Positions 39,416 to 49,541 of a stretch of 64,000 bases of DNA are shown one piece after another (position 1 is the first letter of the stretch; every line of letters begins with the position of its first letter). The position numbers and the translations under genes are program-made. The notes under the pieces were generated by a model. That model had not been told where the DNA came from. It ran no database searches and saw nothing but the letters and a program-made list of their open reading frames with translations. The DNA is from a virus: IMG/VR virus record IMGVR_UViG_3300046387_001332; one strand, written 5' to 3'.

Positions 39416-39514
39416 ACAGATCATAGTTTTTACTTCCTATGTAGGAAACATAGGCATAACGTCCAATAAGGGGTGTCCAAACCGTACAACGAGAGGGGCA
39501 AATGTTTCTTTTAT

Positions 39515-39589
39515 GCATCGGTGGCGGAATGGTGACGCAAGGGACTGCAAATCCCTACCATGCAGGTTCGAATCCTGTCCGATGCTCCA
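39515..39589 (+). tRNA. trnC: tRNA-Cys(GCA)
   Basis: GCATCGG/CCGATGC acceptor, AGGGA-CTGCAAA-TCCCT arm, GTTCGAATC, U73, CCA. Confidence 0.95.
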
Positions 39590-39602
39590 TAATCACTTTA
39601 TT

Positions 39603-39678
39603 GCCACCTTAGCTCAGCTGGTAGAGCACCTGATTTGTAATCAGGTTGTCGTCGGTTCGATCCCGACAGGTGGCTCCA
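39603..39678 (+). tRNA. trnT: tRNA-Thr(TGT)
   Basis: GCCACCT/AGGTGGC acceptor, CCTGA-TTTGTAA-TCAGG arm, CCA. Confidence 0.95.
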
Positions 39679-39683
39679 TTTTT

Positions 39684-39760
39684 GTCCACATCGTCTAGTC
39701 AGGTCAGGACACCGGGTTTTCATCCCGGCAACCGGAGTTCGAATCTCCGTGTGGATGCCA
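39684..39760 (+). tRNA. trnE: tRNA-Glu(TTC)
   Basis: GTCCACA/TGTGGAT acceptor, CCGGG-TTTTCAT-CCCGG arm, CCA. Confidence 0.95.
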
Positions 39761-39767
39761 TTTTAAA

Positions 39768-39858
39768 GGAGAGATGGCTGAGTGGTTTAAGGCGACGGTT
39801 TGCTAAACCGTTGAAGGAGTATATCCTTCCGCAGGTTCGAATCCTGTTCTCTCCGCCA
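39768..39858 (+). tRNA. trnS: tRNA-Ser(GCT)
   Basis: GGAGAGA/TCTCTCC acceptor, ACGGT-TTGCTAA-ACCGT arm, long variable arm, G73, CCA. Confidence 0.95.
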
Positions 39859-39905
39859 TTTTTTTTATATAAGTATATATGTATATAAATACATTGTAAT
39901 ACATT

Positions 39906-39981
<76 letters not shown>

Positions 39982-39998
39982 ATTTTAGGAAAATTAAA

Positions 39999-40184
39999 AT
40001 GAAAGTAGAAATAGATAAAGAAACAAACGAAGTAATAATTCGTTTGCCGATAGAAAAAGAACCAAAAGATTCTGCAAGTGGGAAAACAAAAATCATTGCT
40101 AGTTCAAGTGGAAGAAACATTACAACCGAAACATACAACGAAAAGCAGTTGATGGTAACTGCTAGTGTTTATTATAAACCATAA
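39999..40184 (+). CDS. small hypothetical protein
   Basis: AGGA RBS; P..SASGKT.IIASS.G motif; start trimmed to avoid tRNA-Ala. Confidence 0.7.
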   Translation: MKVEIDKETNEVIIRLPIEKEPKDSASGKTKIIASSSGRNITTETYNEKQLMVTASVYYKP

Positions 40185-40215
40185 CTTTTTTGTTATAGAT
40201 ATATATTTATTGTCT

Positions 40216-41139
40216 ATGAAGTCCGAAAATATTGTTTGTGAGGAGTGGAAAGGGTATCGTCCTAATATGCCTGTTCAAGTTGTTGGTGTACAAAACGGAA
40301 AGATTACATCCAACGGTAATGGGGTTGAAATATTTAAGAACCTAAAAGACGCACAGAAGAAGTATTCAGACCTTGATCCTGAAGAGAATACCAAACGATT
40401 TACTTGGGTAATGCGTGGTGAGATCAAAGGCAGAGACGCAGGAAGATTTGAAACTTGGCAAGCAGAAAGAATGTATTCAATGGAAGAACAAGTATTTCAA
40501 GATATAATGAAAGAAGCAAAATTTAATGCTCGTATTCTTCCTGCTAATCTAGAAGACCTTGAAATGAAAACTTTGATTGTTGCAATCGGAAGCACCGTTA
40601 CAGGAATGTTGGACAAAATTAAAAAGAATACAGGTTCTAATGCTAATCCAGTTAGTTTACAAGTTATTAAGGGTGGAGATGCTATAAAGTCTGCACTTAA
40701 AAGTCAAATGGATTTAAAAGGCAAAGAAGCACTTGTAGCGTTTTTCAAAGAAACAAACAAACATTTTGCAGGTAACGCACCTGCATTATCTAGTATAGTA
40801 AGGAAATATAAATTGAAATCTGATAAATATAGTGGTAAGGTATTTGCAGAACAAGAAACAAAATTACGTGAACTTGTTCGTGGTTATTTAAAAAATAAAC
40901 TGAATATGAACGAAGCAAAAAAAAGCAAAATGATTCCTATGGAAAAGTATGGGGCTGCGTTCATGGTTGATAACGGACATCTTATGTCGGTTGCTATGAA
41001 CCGTGATGGTAGTCTTGAAACGTTTGATGGTGATTTGGACTGGGGTGAAGTAACTGCTCCTGAATCTCAGAAGTTTCTTGATGACATCAATAAAAAGTTC
41101 AAGACGAAGTTTAAGATGGATGACTTCGCAGGAAGATAA
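40216..41139 (+). CDS. hypothetical multi-segment protein, possible virion internal protein
   Basis: ATATTTAT upstream; linkers IMKEA, KLRELVR..MNEA. Confidence 0.65.
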   Translation: MKSENIVCEEWKGYRPNMPVQVVGVQNGKITSNGNGVEIFKNLKDAQKKYSDLDPEENTKRFTWVMRGEIKGRDAGRFETWQAERMYSMEEQVFQDIMKEAKFNARILPANLEDLEMKTLIVAIGSTVTGMLDKIKKNTGSNANPVSLQVIKGGDAIKSALKSQMDLKGKEALVAFFKETNKHFAGNAPALSSIVRKYKLKSDKYSGKVFAEQETKLRELVRGYLKNKLNMNEAKKSKMIPMEKYGAAFMVDNGHLMSVAMNRDGSLETFDGDLDWGEVTAPESQKFLDDINKKFKTKFKMDDFAGR

Positions 41140-41468
41140 TGTTTAAACTAGGTGAATCTAATATTCACGGACACGGTTTAATTGCTACCGAGAATATAAA
41201 AGCAAATACTGATGTTGGTTTGAGTCACTCCGGAATTGGTTTAATAAATGAACGAGTGGTTGTTGGTGAAGCAACTGATATTGGTAACTTTCAAAATCAT
41301 AGCAATACAAATAATTGCGTTAATAAGATTGTCGGCAAAGATTTGCATATGTTTACTATCAACGATGTTAAATGTGGAGATGAACTTACAATTAACTTCT
41401 ACGAAAATACAGACATTTGCATCAACATAGAAAACTCAGAAAGTTGGAAGAAAAGTCAGTTTTTATAA
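41139..41468 (+). CDS. SET domain protein (lysine methyltransferase-like)
   Basis: S.IHG.GL.A...I, FQNHS..NC, DV..GDELT.NFY. Confidence 0.8.
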   Translation: MFKLGESNIHGHGLIATENIKANTDVGLSHSGIGLINERVVVGEATDIGNFQNHSNTNNCVNKIVGKDLHMFTINDVKCGDELTINFYENTDICINIENSESWKKSQFL

Positions 41469-41482
41469 TATTTATAGATGTT

Positions 41483-41809
41483 ATGGGAAATCAAAAAGAA
41501 TACAAAGGAAAACCTTTTTCAAAGGAAGACAGAGAACAAGCATTGAAAGACATTGTTCCATCTAACATGGATGATAAAAGAACCGTGTGTAATGTAGTTC
41601 GTTTGATATTTGAAAATGCCCAAGACGAAGCATATAATCTTGGGGCAATTCGTGAATTGGCATTAGAAGCAATGTGGATGGGCAAACGAATGAATGATAA
41701 ATTGACTGAGTATCGTCAGAAGGAAATGTATGAAGAATACATCGACCAAAAAGATAGTCATCTAAATTCCAACTACGATATGTATCCTGCTCAGGGAAAT
41801 TGGGATTGA
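41483..41809 (+). CDS. hypothetical protein
   Basis: ATATTTAT upstream; start placed at MGNQ. Confidence 0.65.
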   Translation: MGNQKEYKGKPFSKEDREQALKDIVPSNMDDKRTVCNVVRLIFENAQDEAYNLGAIRELALEAMWMGKRMNDKLTEYRQKEMYEEYIDQKDSHLNSNYDMYPAQGNWD

Positions 41810-41842
41810 TTTTGAGTTCTATCCGATATATATTGTATTAGG

Positions 41843-43399
41843 ATGGAGTCACACAAATGCACAAAAAAAGAATGTAAATATCCTATAAGTTGCGAACACA
41901 ACGATTTGTGCATGGAGAATGAAATGCAAAAAAGTGTTTCTTCAAAGAAAATCAAAAAAACCTCAACTCAAAAAGTTGGGGTTATTTTGTGTCATGGTTT
42001 TTTATCAAAGCACGAACAAATGGTCCCTCTTAGCAATTTCATTTACGAAAATTTTAATTGGGAAACTCATCTTGTTGAGTTAAGTGGTCACGGATACGAT
42101 GCTGATAATATTACCAAGGTAACTTGGAATGATTGGGTTGATGATGTGAAAAACAAGTACAACAAAGTTTCCAAAGAATGTGATACAATTTACTTTATTG
42201 GATTTTCTCTTGGTGGTTGTGTTGGTGCTTATGTATCTACTTTAAAAAGTGTAAGATTTTCTGGAATGGTGTTAATCAATTGTCCATTTGGTGTTAAGAA
42301 TGTATTTAATAAACTTTTACCAGGTGTTATGATTTACAATAAAATTTGTAAGAAACTCAATCTTCAAAAAATAATGCTTGAGTGTATTTCTAATGATAGT
42401 GAAATGCCAGAGTTAAACCAACCATTAATTGATTTGTCCGCAACAAATGAACTTCGTAAAATGTCTAACGTTTCTAAAACTATATTAGATAGAATATTAT
42501 GTCCTGTGTTTCAAATACAAGAATACAACGATCCAACTGTTTTTTATAGTAGTGGTGTTCGTGCATTTAAGAAGATTGCATCATCCTATAAGAAATTATT
42601 TACCACAAAATTAAATACACATCTTACGATTTACGACAAAGGATTAGAGTGTAGTGTGTTTTGTAAAATAAAACAATTTCTGACGGAAATGGAGAAAAAT
42701 AAATTTATTAATATTGCTCATCGTGGAGCAAGTGGTACTTGTACAGAAAATACACTTTCTGCATTTGAAAAAGCAATTGAGTTTAATTGTGATATGATTG
42801 AATTTGATGTTCAGCATATTAATCACAACTTCTGCGTGTTTCATGATTATACGGCAGAAAGAATGTTTGGGTTAGATAAAAAGATGAGTGATTTGTCATC
42901 GGATGAATTTGATAAACTTATTTATGCTAATTGTGAACGCATACCCACTTTACAACAAGCACTTGATTGTATAAATGGTAGGTGTGGTGTGAATATTGAA
43001 GTTAAAGATAGTAGCATTGCAACTAATATTGTGTCAGTTGTAAGAGATTATCAAAAAAAGAAACAATGGCAGAATGTTGATATTGTATTGAGTTCTTTTA
43101 GTTGTGCAACCGTCAATTTAATTAGAAGAACCGGTGATGATATCAAAGTATCCCAATTATTCCACGAAGGTAACGTCACACTACAAGACATAAAGAATTT
43201 TAGAAAAGACTACTTTGAAAAAAATATATATTCTGTAAATTTATATATAGAAGATATTACACAACCCATTGTTGAGTATTGTAATGAAAATAACATGAAA
43301 ATATATGTATATACCGTAAATGAACTTCGTGCTATAAGATATTTGCGTGAATTGGGTGTGGATGGTGTATTTACAGATTATCCCGAAAGAATACAATAA
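41843..43399 (+). CDS. alpha/beta-hydrolase (carboxylesterase/lipase) fused to glycerophosphodiester phosphodiesterase
   Basis: HGF, GFSLGG, DPTV, H; then IAHRGASG..ENT..AF, EFDV, FHD, NIEVK, YTVN, GVDGVFTDYP. Confidence 0.85.
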   Translation: MESHKCTKKECKYPISCEHNDLCMENEMQKSVSSKKIKKTSTQKVGVILCHGFLSKHEQMVPLSNFIYENFNWETHLVELSGHGYDADNITKVTWNDWVDDVKNKYNKVSKECDTIYFIGFSLGGCVGAYVSTLKSVRFSGMVLINCPFGVKNVFNKLLPGVMIYNKICKKLNLQKIMLECISNDSEMPELNQPLIDLSATNELRKMSNVSKTILDRILCPVFQIQEYNDPTVFYSSGVRAFKKIASSYKKLFTTKLNTHLTIYDKGLECSVFCKIKQFLTEMEKNKFINIAHRGASGTCTENTLSAFEKAIEFNCDMIEFDVQHINHNFCVFHDYTAERMFGLDKKMSDLSSDEFDKLIYANCERIPTLQQALDCINGRCGVNIEVKDSSIATNIVSVVRDYQKKKQWQNVDIVLSSFSCATVNLIRRTGDDIKVSQLFHEGNVTLQDIKNFRKDYFEKNIYSVNLYIEDITQPIVEYCNENNMKIYVYTVNELRAIRYLRELGVDGVFTDYPERIQ

Positions 43400-43425
43400 A
43401 TCTATTTTGATATATATTTATTGTC

Positions 43426-45054
43426 GTGGATATTGTAGAACATTATTTGAATAAGTCTTTGATTACATCTATTGAGTATGAAGATGTTTTGTGTGAACTT
43501 GCTTTACACGATTTGTTTAAACGTGACAACAAGCAAAGGTTCATTGACAAAGTTGATAGCAACGAAGTTCTTGATGATAAAAATAATCCTCTTAAAATAA
43601 AAAGTGGTACTACTGCTTTGTGGAAAGATATGAAGAAGCAACTTTTATCAGCAACAGACAAAGATGGAATTGCCGATTGGGGTGGTCGTGGTGACACTAA
43701 AATAAAACAACTATTTGGTGTTCCTATTAGTAAAATAGGTAAATCACAAAATGATATGAGTGGTGGTGCGAGTAGTGGTAATCCAAGTGGAGAAGATTGG
43801 GAGGCAATGATTGCTATTGGTCTTGCTACTATTGAAAAGAAAGACCCATCAAAAGAAGTTCCCGATGAGTGGTCACGAATAGAAAGAAAGGGGTTTTGGG
43901 ATAGTGAATTTAATCGTGACATTGCAGAAAAGATTGCAAGTGCATTTAAGAAAAACGGATATGCACCCATTTCACAAACTGGTAGTGGAAAGGGTGGTGC
44001 GGGGGTATCAAGTGAATGGGGAGAGATATTTAAAGAATACGGAAGTGGTAGTATGAACAAAACTCCAAAGACTGATATCAAGGGTGGTTCAAAGAAAATT
44101 TCATTAAAGAAAGCAGGTGGTTCTCAAGCAATGAGTGCCAAGCAAGCAGAAGCAGCTTCTACATTCGGAGCAGCTGTTAGTATGTATGGTAAAAATTATC
44201 CGAGTAGTGTAAATAAAATCTTAGATTCATTTAAAAGTTCAATTCTTGATTTATCTGAAAGTGGTTATCGTGGTAGTATATCTGCTCTTGAAAAAGACAT
44301 CAAAGCAAGTGAAGGTGATCCAAAGAAAATGAAGAAACTTAAACCCGTGGTTGATAATTTAAAGCAAGCAAGAGATGATGGTAAGTTTATTACATCTGAA
44401 ATGAATCGTTTGTTTTTAAGTGATTCAAAATTCAAAGACTTATTTGTATTTGAGGCAGCTACCGGTTCTGTTAAGTTTGGAGATTCATCGGAAAGTCGTG
44501 CTGATACTATGGTGGAAATTGATACTGATAGTGGTAAAATTACATCACAATACAAAATGAATTCTCCAAGTGATATCTCTTCGTTGGCAAGTCAATACAA
44601 GTTTTATTTGTCATTCAAAACAAGTGGTAATAGCACTCCTTATATGGCACTCCGAGGAAATATGGAACAAGACCCAAAGAAGGTTACTGCGTGGATGAAG
44701 AAGCAGGTTGTAGAAAATAAAAACTTTTCAACGATATGTCCAACATTTTCTACTATTATTCAAGAAGGTTTTAAACAAGACGATTTTGGAAAAAGATTAT
44801 TAACCGAATCTAGTTATCAAAATCTCAATGAATGGCAATTACTTAAAAAAGTTCGTGACGGAATAACATCTGTTAGCAACAAAGTAAAGGACCGTTTTGT
44901 TAAAATATGGAATTGGATTTCTGAACGAGTTTCTGTTGCGTTTAATTGGTTAAAGAAACAAGGAGCAAAAGCACTTGTTTATCTTCAAAAGTTTTTTGGA
45001 GTGAAACTTGACAAATGTGGAATAAATGGAAAAATAGAACTTTTCTCTGCTTAA
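43426..45054 (+). CDS. hypothetical protein with possible restriction-endonuclease-like core
   Basis: GEDWE...KTPKTDI....ISLKK pattern; ATATTTAT 4 nt upstream of GTG. Confidence 0.6.
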   Translation: MDIVEHYLNKSLITSIEYEDVLCELALHDLFKRDNKQRFIDKVDSNEVLDDKNNPLKIKSGTTALWKDMKKQLLSATDKDGIADWGGRGDTKIKQLFGVPISKIGKSQNDMSGGASSGNPSGEDWEAMIAIGLATIEKKDPSKEVPDEWSRIERKGFWDSEFNRDIAEKIASAFKKNGYAPISQTGSGKGGAGVSSEWGEIFKEYGSGSMNKTPKTDIKGGSKKISLKKAGGSQAMSAKQAEAASTFGAAVSMYGKNYPSSVNKILDSFKSSILDLSESGYRGSISALEKDIKASEGDPKKMKKLKPVVDNLKQARDDGKFITSEMNRLFLSDSKFKDLFVFEAATGSVKFGDSSESRADTMVEIDTDSGKITSQYKMNSPSDISSLASQYKFYLSFKTSGNSTPYMALRGNMEQDPKKVTAWMKKQVVENKNFSTICPTFSTIIQEGFKQDDFGKRLLTESSYQNLNEWQLLKKVRDGITSVSNKVKDRFVKIWNWISERVSVAFNWLKKQGAKALVYLQKFFGVKLDKCGINGKIELFSA

Positions 45055-46644
45055 TTACTTCTTGTAAAACACAAAGATAGGTTCGTACTTTTGCAACTCT
45101 CCGTTTATCTTGCAACAATTCTTAACCGTTTCTGCTTTAACACCACGCATTGTTGTCATAAGCATTTTAAGAGTTTCTACATACTCAAGTCCGTATTCCG
45201 CAAGAATATCACGACTATCTTTTTCTAATGGCATAAATCCATCTCCGTCTGCAATGTCTGCAATATTCCAAAGTAAGTATCTATCGTTCTTCAAATACTC
45301 GGCAGCCGTTTTCAAAGTAGGACGAAGAAAGTTGTCTCTCCAATCTTCGTACTCTGGAAACTTTTTGAAACTCTGAGATTCATCTGCTGAATATTGCTCA
45401 CGATTAAAATAAGGTGGACTCGTAAAAACCAAATCAAGTTTACCTTTGTATTTTTGGAAACTTGGATTCTTGTGAATTTCTTCACTTCCGTTCTGATAAA
45501 CATCATAAGTGTTACGATGACCAAAGAACGGATTACCTCCGTTTGTTTTATCATTAAAGAAGTCAGCAAGATATTCATAACGACTTTGATTTAGTTCGTC
45601 TATATAATTGTCTGTATTTGGATCAGTTCCTATATAATGAATTTGACGATCATGTACTGACATAGCACCTAGAATACGACCACCCCAACCAGAACTTGGG
45701 TCATATATATGGAGATTGCTTTTATCTTGAATGTGGTCTGTGTATTTCTGATATATATATTTTGCAGTCAACGGAGGAAAGTTTACTGCTGGTTGACTAA
45801 GACCCAACTTAAATGCTTCCATTGCTGACGGAAAGATTCTTGAGTTCTTGTTATAGTAACGGATGCTGAATTTGAATTGTACTTCCTTTTCATCTTCAAT
45901 AACGACATCATTTATATTTTCTATATCGTCACCGAAGTTTGCAGTTCTTTCTAAATTTCTAATGTTGTTTATTTCAAGCAAACCTTCTTTGTGTAATTTT
46001 CTTATTTGCTTTGCCGTAAGCATCAAACTATTTTGTTCATACGAATCAAAGTTTTTTTCTGTGAACAACTCAATAATCCAAAAGTCGTTATCTGGATGAA
46101 GATGCTTTTCTTTGACGAAGTTGCGAATCCACTCTTCTCCGTTTTGTGTTGGACACGGAACATCGAAGTCATTCTTGCCGATAGTTTTTCCGTGAGCATA
46201 AAACGAATCCCTACGAACAGTTCGTCTCATACAAGTATGAAAACTTTCTCGTTTCTCTGGATTAGCAAAACAATCATATACACTCCAAGATGTATGCTTA
46301 CTAGAACCTATTTTGGTTTTAAGCATCGTTGGAAAAAACTGATCAACTACGGTTGCGAACTTGTTAAAGTTTTTGATGATAGTATCAGTTCCATCCATTT
46401 CATCTGTATGCTGAAACTTGTAAACATCGTAACCAGGTAGCTTATTAAAGTTTGCTATAATATCTTTTTCGTTTTTACCTGTTCTTGGTGGAAGACCTTC
46501 ATTGTCCCAAGTGTCCACGATATAAGTTCTAAGTTCATCAATCCACTGTTCCAATTCTGTACCATTCTTTTGCAATAGTTCGTGGAATGTAATATTAACC
46601 TTACACTCTGTTAAATTATTCTTTTCGTAAAAGTATTTTTTCAT
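45055..46644 (-). CDS. DNA amino-methyltransferase-like protein (SPPY type) with long N-terminal region
   Basis: YDPSSGWGGRILG motif I, GTDPN, FTSPPYF; start at ATGA overlap with upstream stop. Confidence 0.8.
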   Translation of the reverse strand: MKKYFYEKNNLTECKVNITFHELLQKNGTELEQWIDELRTYIVDTWDNEGLPPRTGKNEKDIIANFNKLPGYDVYKFQHTDEMDGTDTIIKNFNKFATVVDQFFPTMLKTKIGSSKHTSWSVYDCFANPEKRESFHTCMRRTVRRDSFYAHGKTIGKNDFDVPCPTQNGEEWIRNFVKEKHLHPDNDFWIIELFTEKNFDSYEQNSLMLTAKQIRKLHKEGLLEINNIRNLERTANFGDDIENINDVVIEDEKEVQFKFSIRYYNKNSRIFPSAMEAFKLGLSQPAVNFPPLTAKYIYQKYTDHIQDKSNLHIYDPSSGWGGRILGAMSVHDRQIHYIGTDPNTDNYIDELNQSRYEYLADFFNDKTNGGNPFFGHRNTYDVYQNGSEEIHKNPSFQKYKGKLDLVFTSPPYFNREQYSADESQSFKKFPEYEDWRDNFLRPTLKTAAEYLKNDRYLLWNIADIADGDGFMPLEKDSRDILAEYGLEYVETLKMLMTTMRGVKAETVKNCCKINGELQKYEPIFVFYKK

Positions 46645-47498
46645 TGTCTCCAAAAGTGTGATGCACAAGCACCACCAAGATTATAGAATAGTACATCTCC
46701 GTCTAATTTGCAACCATTTTCTGTTAACCAACTCCACGCCTTTTTGTCCCAATTACCATTACAAGGAAACGGAGTTTCACACCAATCCATATCATCAAAA
46801 AAGTCGTGAGGTGTTTCGTGTATTTGAGTTTGATTACGATCATACACATTCCACTTCTTTAACATATTTGCAATAGATGACTTACTTGCAGTTGTGATCA
46901 AGTGAGCATACTTTTTATCTTTTTCTGACTGAACTCCAAATGTTTCAAAGTTCATAAATCCTTGTAGAATACCAGAAGGTGTAACACCACTTCCTGCATT
47001 TATCACCAAATGCTTAAAGTTTTTTTTCTGCATTATGCTTTGGGTGCGTTCTCTAAAATAAGTTATATACTCGGAGTGATTAAATGCGTAAGGCATCATT
47101 TGGTATTTTTCTTTTTCTGCAAGAATTCCTACACTACTTATTACGATGCTGAGAATATTTGGTTTCATCGGAACAAGTTCTGCTCCTAAACTTTCTATTT
47201 TTTCAAGTGCTTTTTTTGGATAGTCTTTGGTGTCTGGATAAGCAATCTTGATCTTAAACCCCAACTCTTTTCCGATATATGCTAATGCCCATCCACTATA
47301 ACTTACACGAACTGATAAATGTATAATGGGTTTGTCTTTAGATAACTCACCACTTTCAAGAACTCTGCGAATACCTTCCATTTTTGCCCACGGAGGTAAA
47401 TCCATATTTCCGTTTAGTAAATCGTCACGTTTTACATAAACTTTTTTTTCTCCACACAAATGTTCTTCAAGTGGAGTATCAAAATTAAAGGAGAGCAT
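46641..47498 (-). CDS. PLP-dependent enzyme, fold type II (ACC deaminase/D-Cys desulfhydrase-like)
   Basis: VYVKRDDL..K, NAGSGVT phosphate loop, FYNLGG. Confidence 0.8.
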   Translation of the reverse strand: MLSFNFDTPLEEHLCGEKKVYVKRDDLLNGNMDLPPWAKMEGIRRVLESGELSKDKPIIHLSVRVSYSGWALAYIGKELGFKIKIAYPDTKDYPKKALEKIESLGAELVPMKPNILSIVISSVGILAEKEKYQMMPYAFNHSEYITYFRERTQSIMQKKNFKHLVINAGSGVTPSGILQGFMNFETFGVQSEKDKKYAHLITTASKSSIANMLKKWNVYDRNQTQIHETPHDFFDDMDWCETPFPCNGNWDKKAWSWLTENGCKLDGDVLFYNLGGACASHFWRQ

Positions 47499-48690
47499 CT
47501 AAATGTTTTTGTTCACATTCAATATCCATTATTACGTGGAAACGATAATTCTCTGAATTGTTTACAACCCAATGAGGTTTTCTTTTGTCCATATAATAAT
47601 ATTCTCCCGTCTTTAAACGAAAGTCTTCTGTTTCACCATCAAGTCCAACTTGGGTGAATATACACTCTTCGTCAACTTGAATAGGAAAATGAATTCTTAA
47701 CGAACGACCAAGTTTTGGTCCATTCTTTGTTTGGTAATCCCAACTATCGTGACCAATATCGGTGTGTCTTTGAATCACTCCATTTTTTGGTTCTACTCTT
47801 GTGATAACCAACCAAGTACATTTTTCTACTGATGTAATTTCATTTACAATCTTTGCAAGTTTAGGAAGTTTCTCAAGAATTGTATAATCAACTTCACTGT
47901 TAGGGTTGATCGGCACAACTTCAATTGTGTACCAAGTTTTTTCGGGTCCTCCGTAGTTTCCATTAATTCCATCGTAACTCCAAGGATTAACTGCTTCTTT
48001 GTAGTCTTTAATTTCTTGAACAAGTTCTGCACATTCTTTTTTGTTGATAGAACTCAACTTCATTTTCTGAATCTTAATGTCTTCATACTTTGAAACACCC
48101 GGTTGTTTCAACTCACCACTATACCAAATACCACGAACCTCAGAACCAACCGCGGTTACTTTACTGCTTAACCAAGTTGCGTTAATTGCATTACACAAAT
48201 CTTTATCTTGTTGAAGTTCCATATTAACATCTGTGAAAAACAAATCACATCTTGTATCAAACAAATCGTTTTCTAGTTCTCGTTTGCTTTCAATGTCTTT
48301 AATTAAATCATCCATATACCCATCTGCATATGCGAATCTTGTAATTTGCAAATCACCTGTCTTAATATGAGCAACTACATCTTCGGCAACATCTTTGATT
48401 CCACGACCAGATTTTGCTTCCGCACAAATATAACTCCAAACAATCTCATCGTTTTCTTTCTTGAAAAACAATCTACCTTTTTGATCTGCTTCCCAAAGGT
48501 TCTTCCAGTTTACTTTCTTGAACGGATCGAGGTTAGGTTCTTTGCAAGCAATTGGTTGATTTTTCCATTGTGGCGGAACATCATATTGCTGATAGAACTT
48601 TGCGTGTTCTCTGAATGAATCTTTTACTTCATCTGAAATGTCATCTTTGACTTTGACCTTTTTTGTTTTCTTTTCTTTTACTGAAACCAT
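47485..48690 (-). CDS. 2OG-Fe(II) dioxygenase (Asp/Asn beta-hydroxylase-like) with uncharacterised N-terminal domain
   Basis: HTD...RIHFPI...PHWVVN...RFHVIMD: HxD/H triad plus 2OG-binding Arg. Confidence 0.8.
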   Translation of the reverse strand: MVSVKEKKTKKVKVKDDISDEVKDSFREHAKFYQQYDVPPQWKNQPIACKEPNLDPFKKVNWKNLWEADQKGRLFFKKENDEIVWSYICAEAKSGRGIKDVAEDVVAHIKTGDLQITRFAYADGYMDDLIKDIESKRELENDLFDTRCDLFFTDVNMELQQDKDLCNAINATWLSSKVTAVGSEVRGIWYSGELKQPGVSKYEDIKIQKMKLSSINKKECAELVQEIKDYKEAVNPWSYDGINGNYGGPEKTWYTIEVVPINPNSEVDYTILEKLPKLAKIVNEITSVEKCTWLVITRVEPKNGVIQRHTDIGHDSWDYQTKNGPKLGRSLRIHFPIQVDEECIFTQVGLDGETEDFRLKTGEYYYMDKRKPHWVVNNSENYRFHVIMDIECEQKHLDALL

Positions 48691-49487
48691 TTGTTTTCTT
48701 GCCTTTCTAAAATTGCATTATTCACTTTATTCTCTAAACAATTCTCTATAATTTTTTTTAAATTTTCGTGATCGTTTTTTTCTCCAAGGAAATTCCACGA
48801 TGTGTGATTGTAATACTTGACTGAATCTGTTTCAAGAAGTTCTTCGCGTTTAGTCGTACCAAGTGTATCAATGTGAGCAGACTTAATATTACCACCTAAA
48901 AGTGCAGAAAGCAATCCTTCGTTGTCGTGACATTCTGCTCTTGAAATAGAAACAAAGTTTATCCAGCAACATTCTTCAAATAGTTTTTCGTTGAACATAT
49001 TTTTGGTGGAATCATTCAACGGAACGGCTGCAACTATGTTTCTTGTATCCGCATTTGCCATTACTTCTCTGATTAACTTCATATCAGTTTTTGAATCTAC
49101 AACTACAAATGGATTATCACATATTTCTTGAACTTTCTTGGATATTGGTCCATTACCAAATATGATAACACGACCTTCTTCTAATTTGTCTTTAATCCAA
49201 TAAGCACATCCGTTTGTATTAGGACTTGTTGTCACTACACCAACATTGTGCTTTTTACACAACTTTAGATTTACCGAATCTACTCCATGACCTCTGTGAA
49301 CTACCCACTCAAGGTTAGGATACCGATCAAGTGTAGTTTTTCCTACTTTGCTAAATTTGGTTGATATGACCTTAATTTCTTTCGCAGGAATTCCATCTGC
49401 TTTTTGCATTGCACCGAGAATGTGTGCATTTGGAATAAACTTCTCTATATCAACAAGATCGGATTTATCTTTTATTAAGGTATTCAT
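48678..49487 (-). CDS. D-2-hydroxyacid dehydrogenase-like protein (divergent)
   Basis: GHGVDSVNL...[26 protein letters not shown]. Confidence 0.7.
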   Translation of the reverse strand: MNTLIKDKSDLVDIEKFIPNAHILGAMQKADGIPAKEIKVISTKFSKVGKTTLDRYPNLEWVVHRGHGVDSVNLKLCKKHNVGVVTTSPNTNGCAYWIKDKLEEGRVIIFGNGPISKKVQEICDNPFVVVDSKTDMKLIREVMANADTRNIVAAVPLNDSTKNMFNEKLFEECCWINFVSISRAECHDNEGLLSALLGGNIKSAHIDTLGTTKREELLETDSVKYYNHTSWNFLGEKNDHENLKKIIENCLENKVNNAILERQENKWFQ

Positions 49488-49498
49488 TTTCGTATACT

Positions 49499-49527
49499 AT
49501 ACTAAACGAATACGCACCAAATATCAA
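49499..49527 (-). promoter_or_regulatory. sigma70-type promoter
   Basis: TTGATA-N17-TAGTAT upstream of 49487. Confidence 0.5.
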
Positions 49528-49541
49528 GTATATAATATAAT

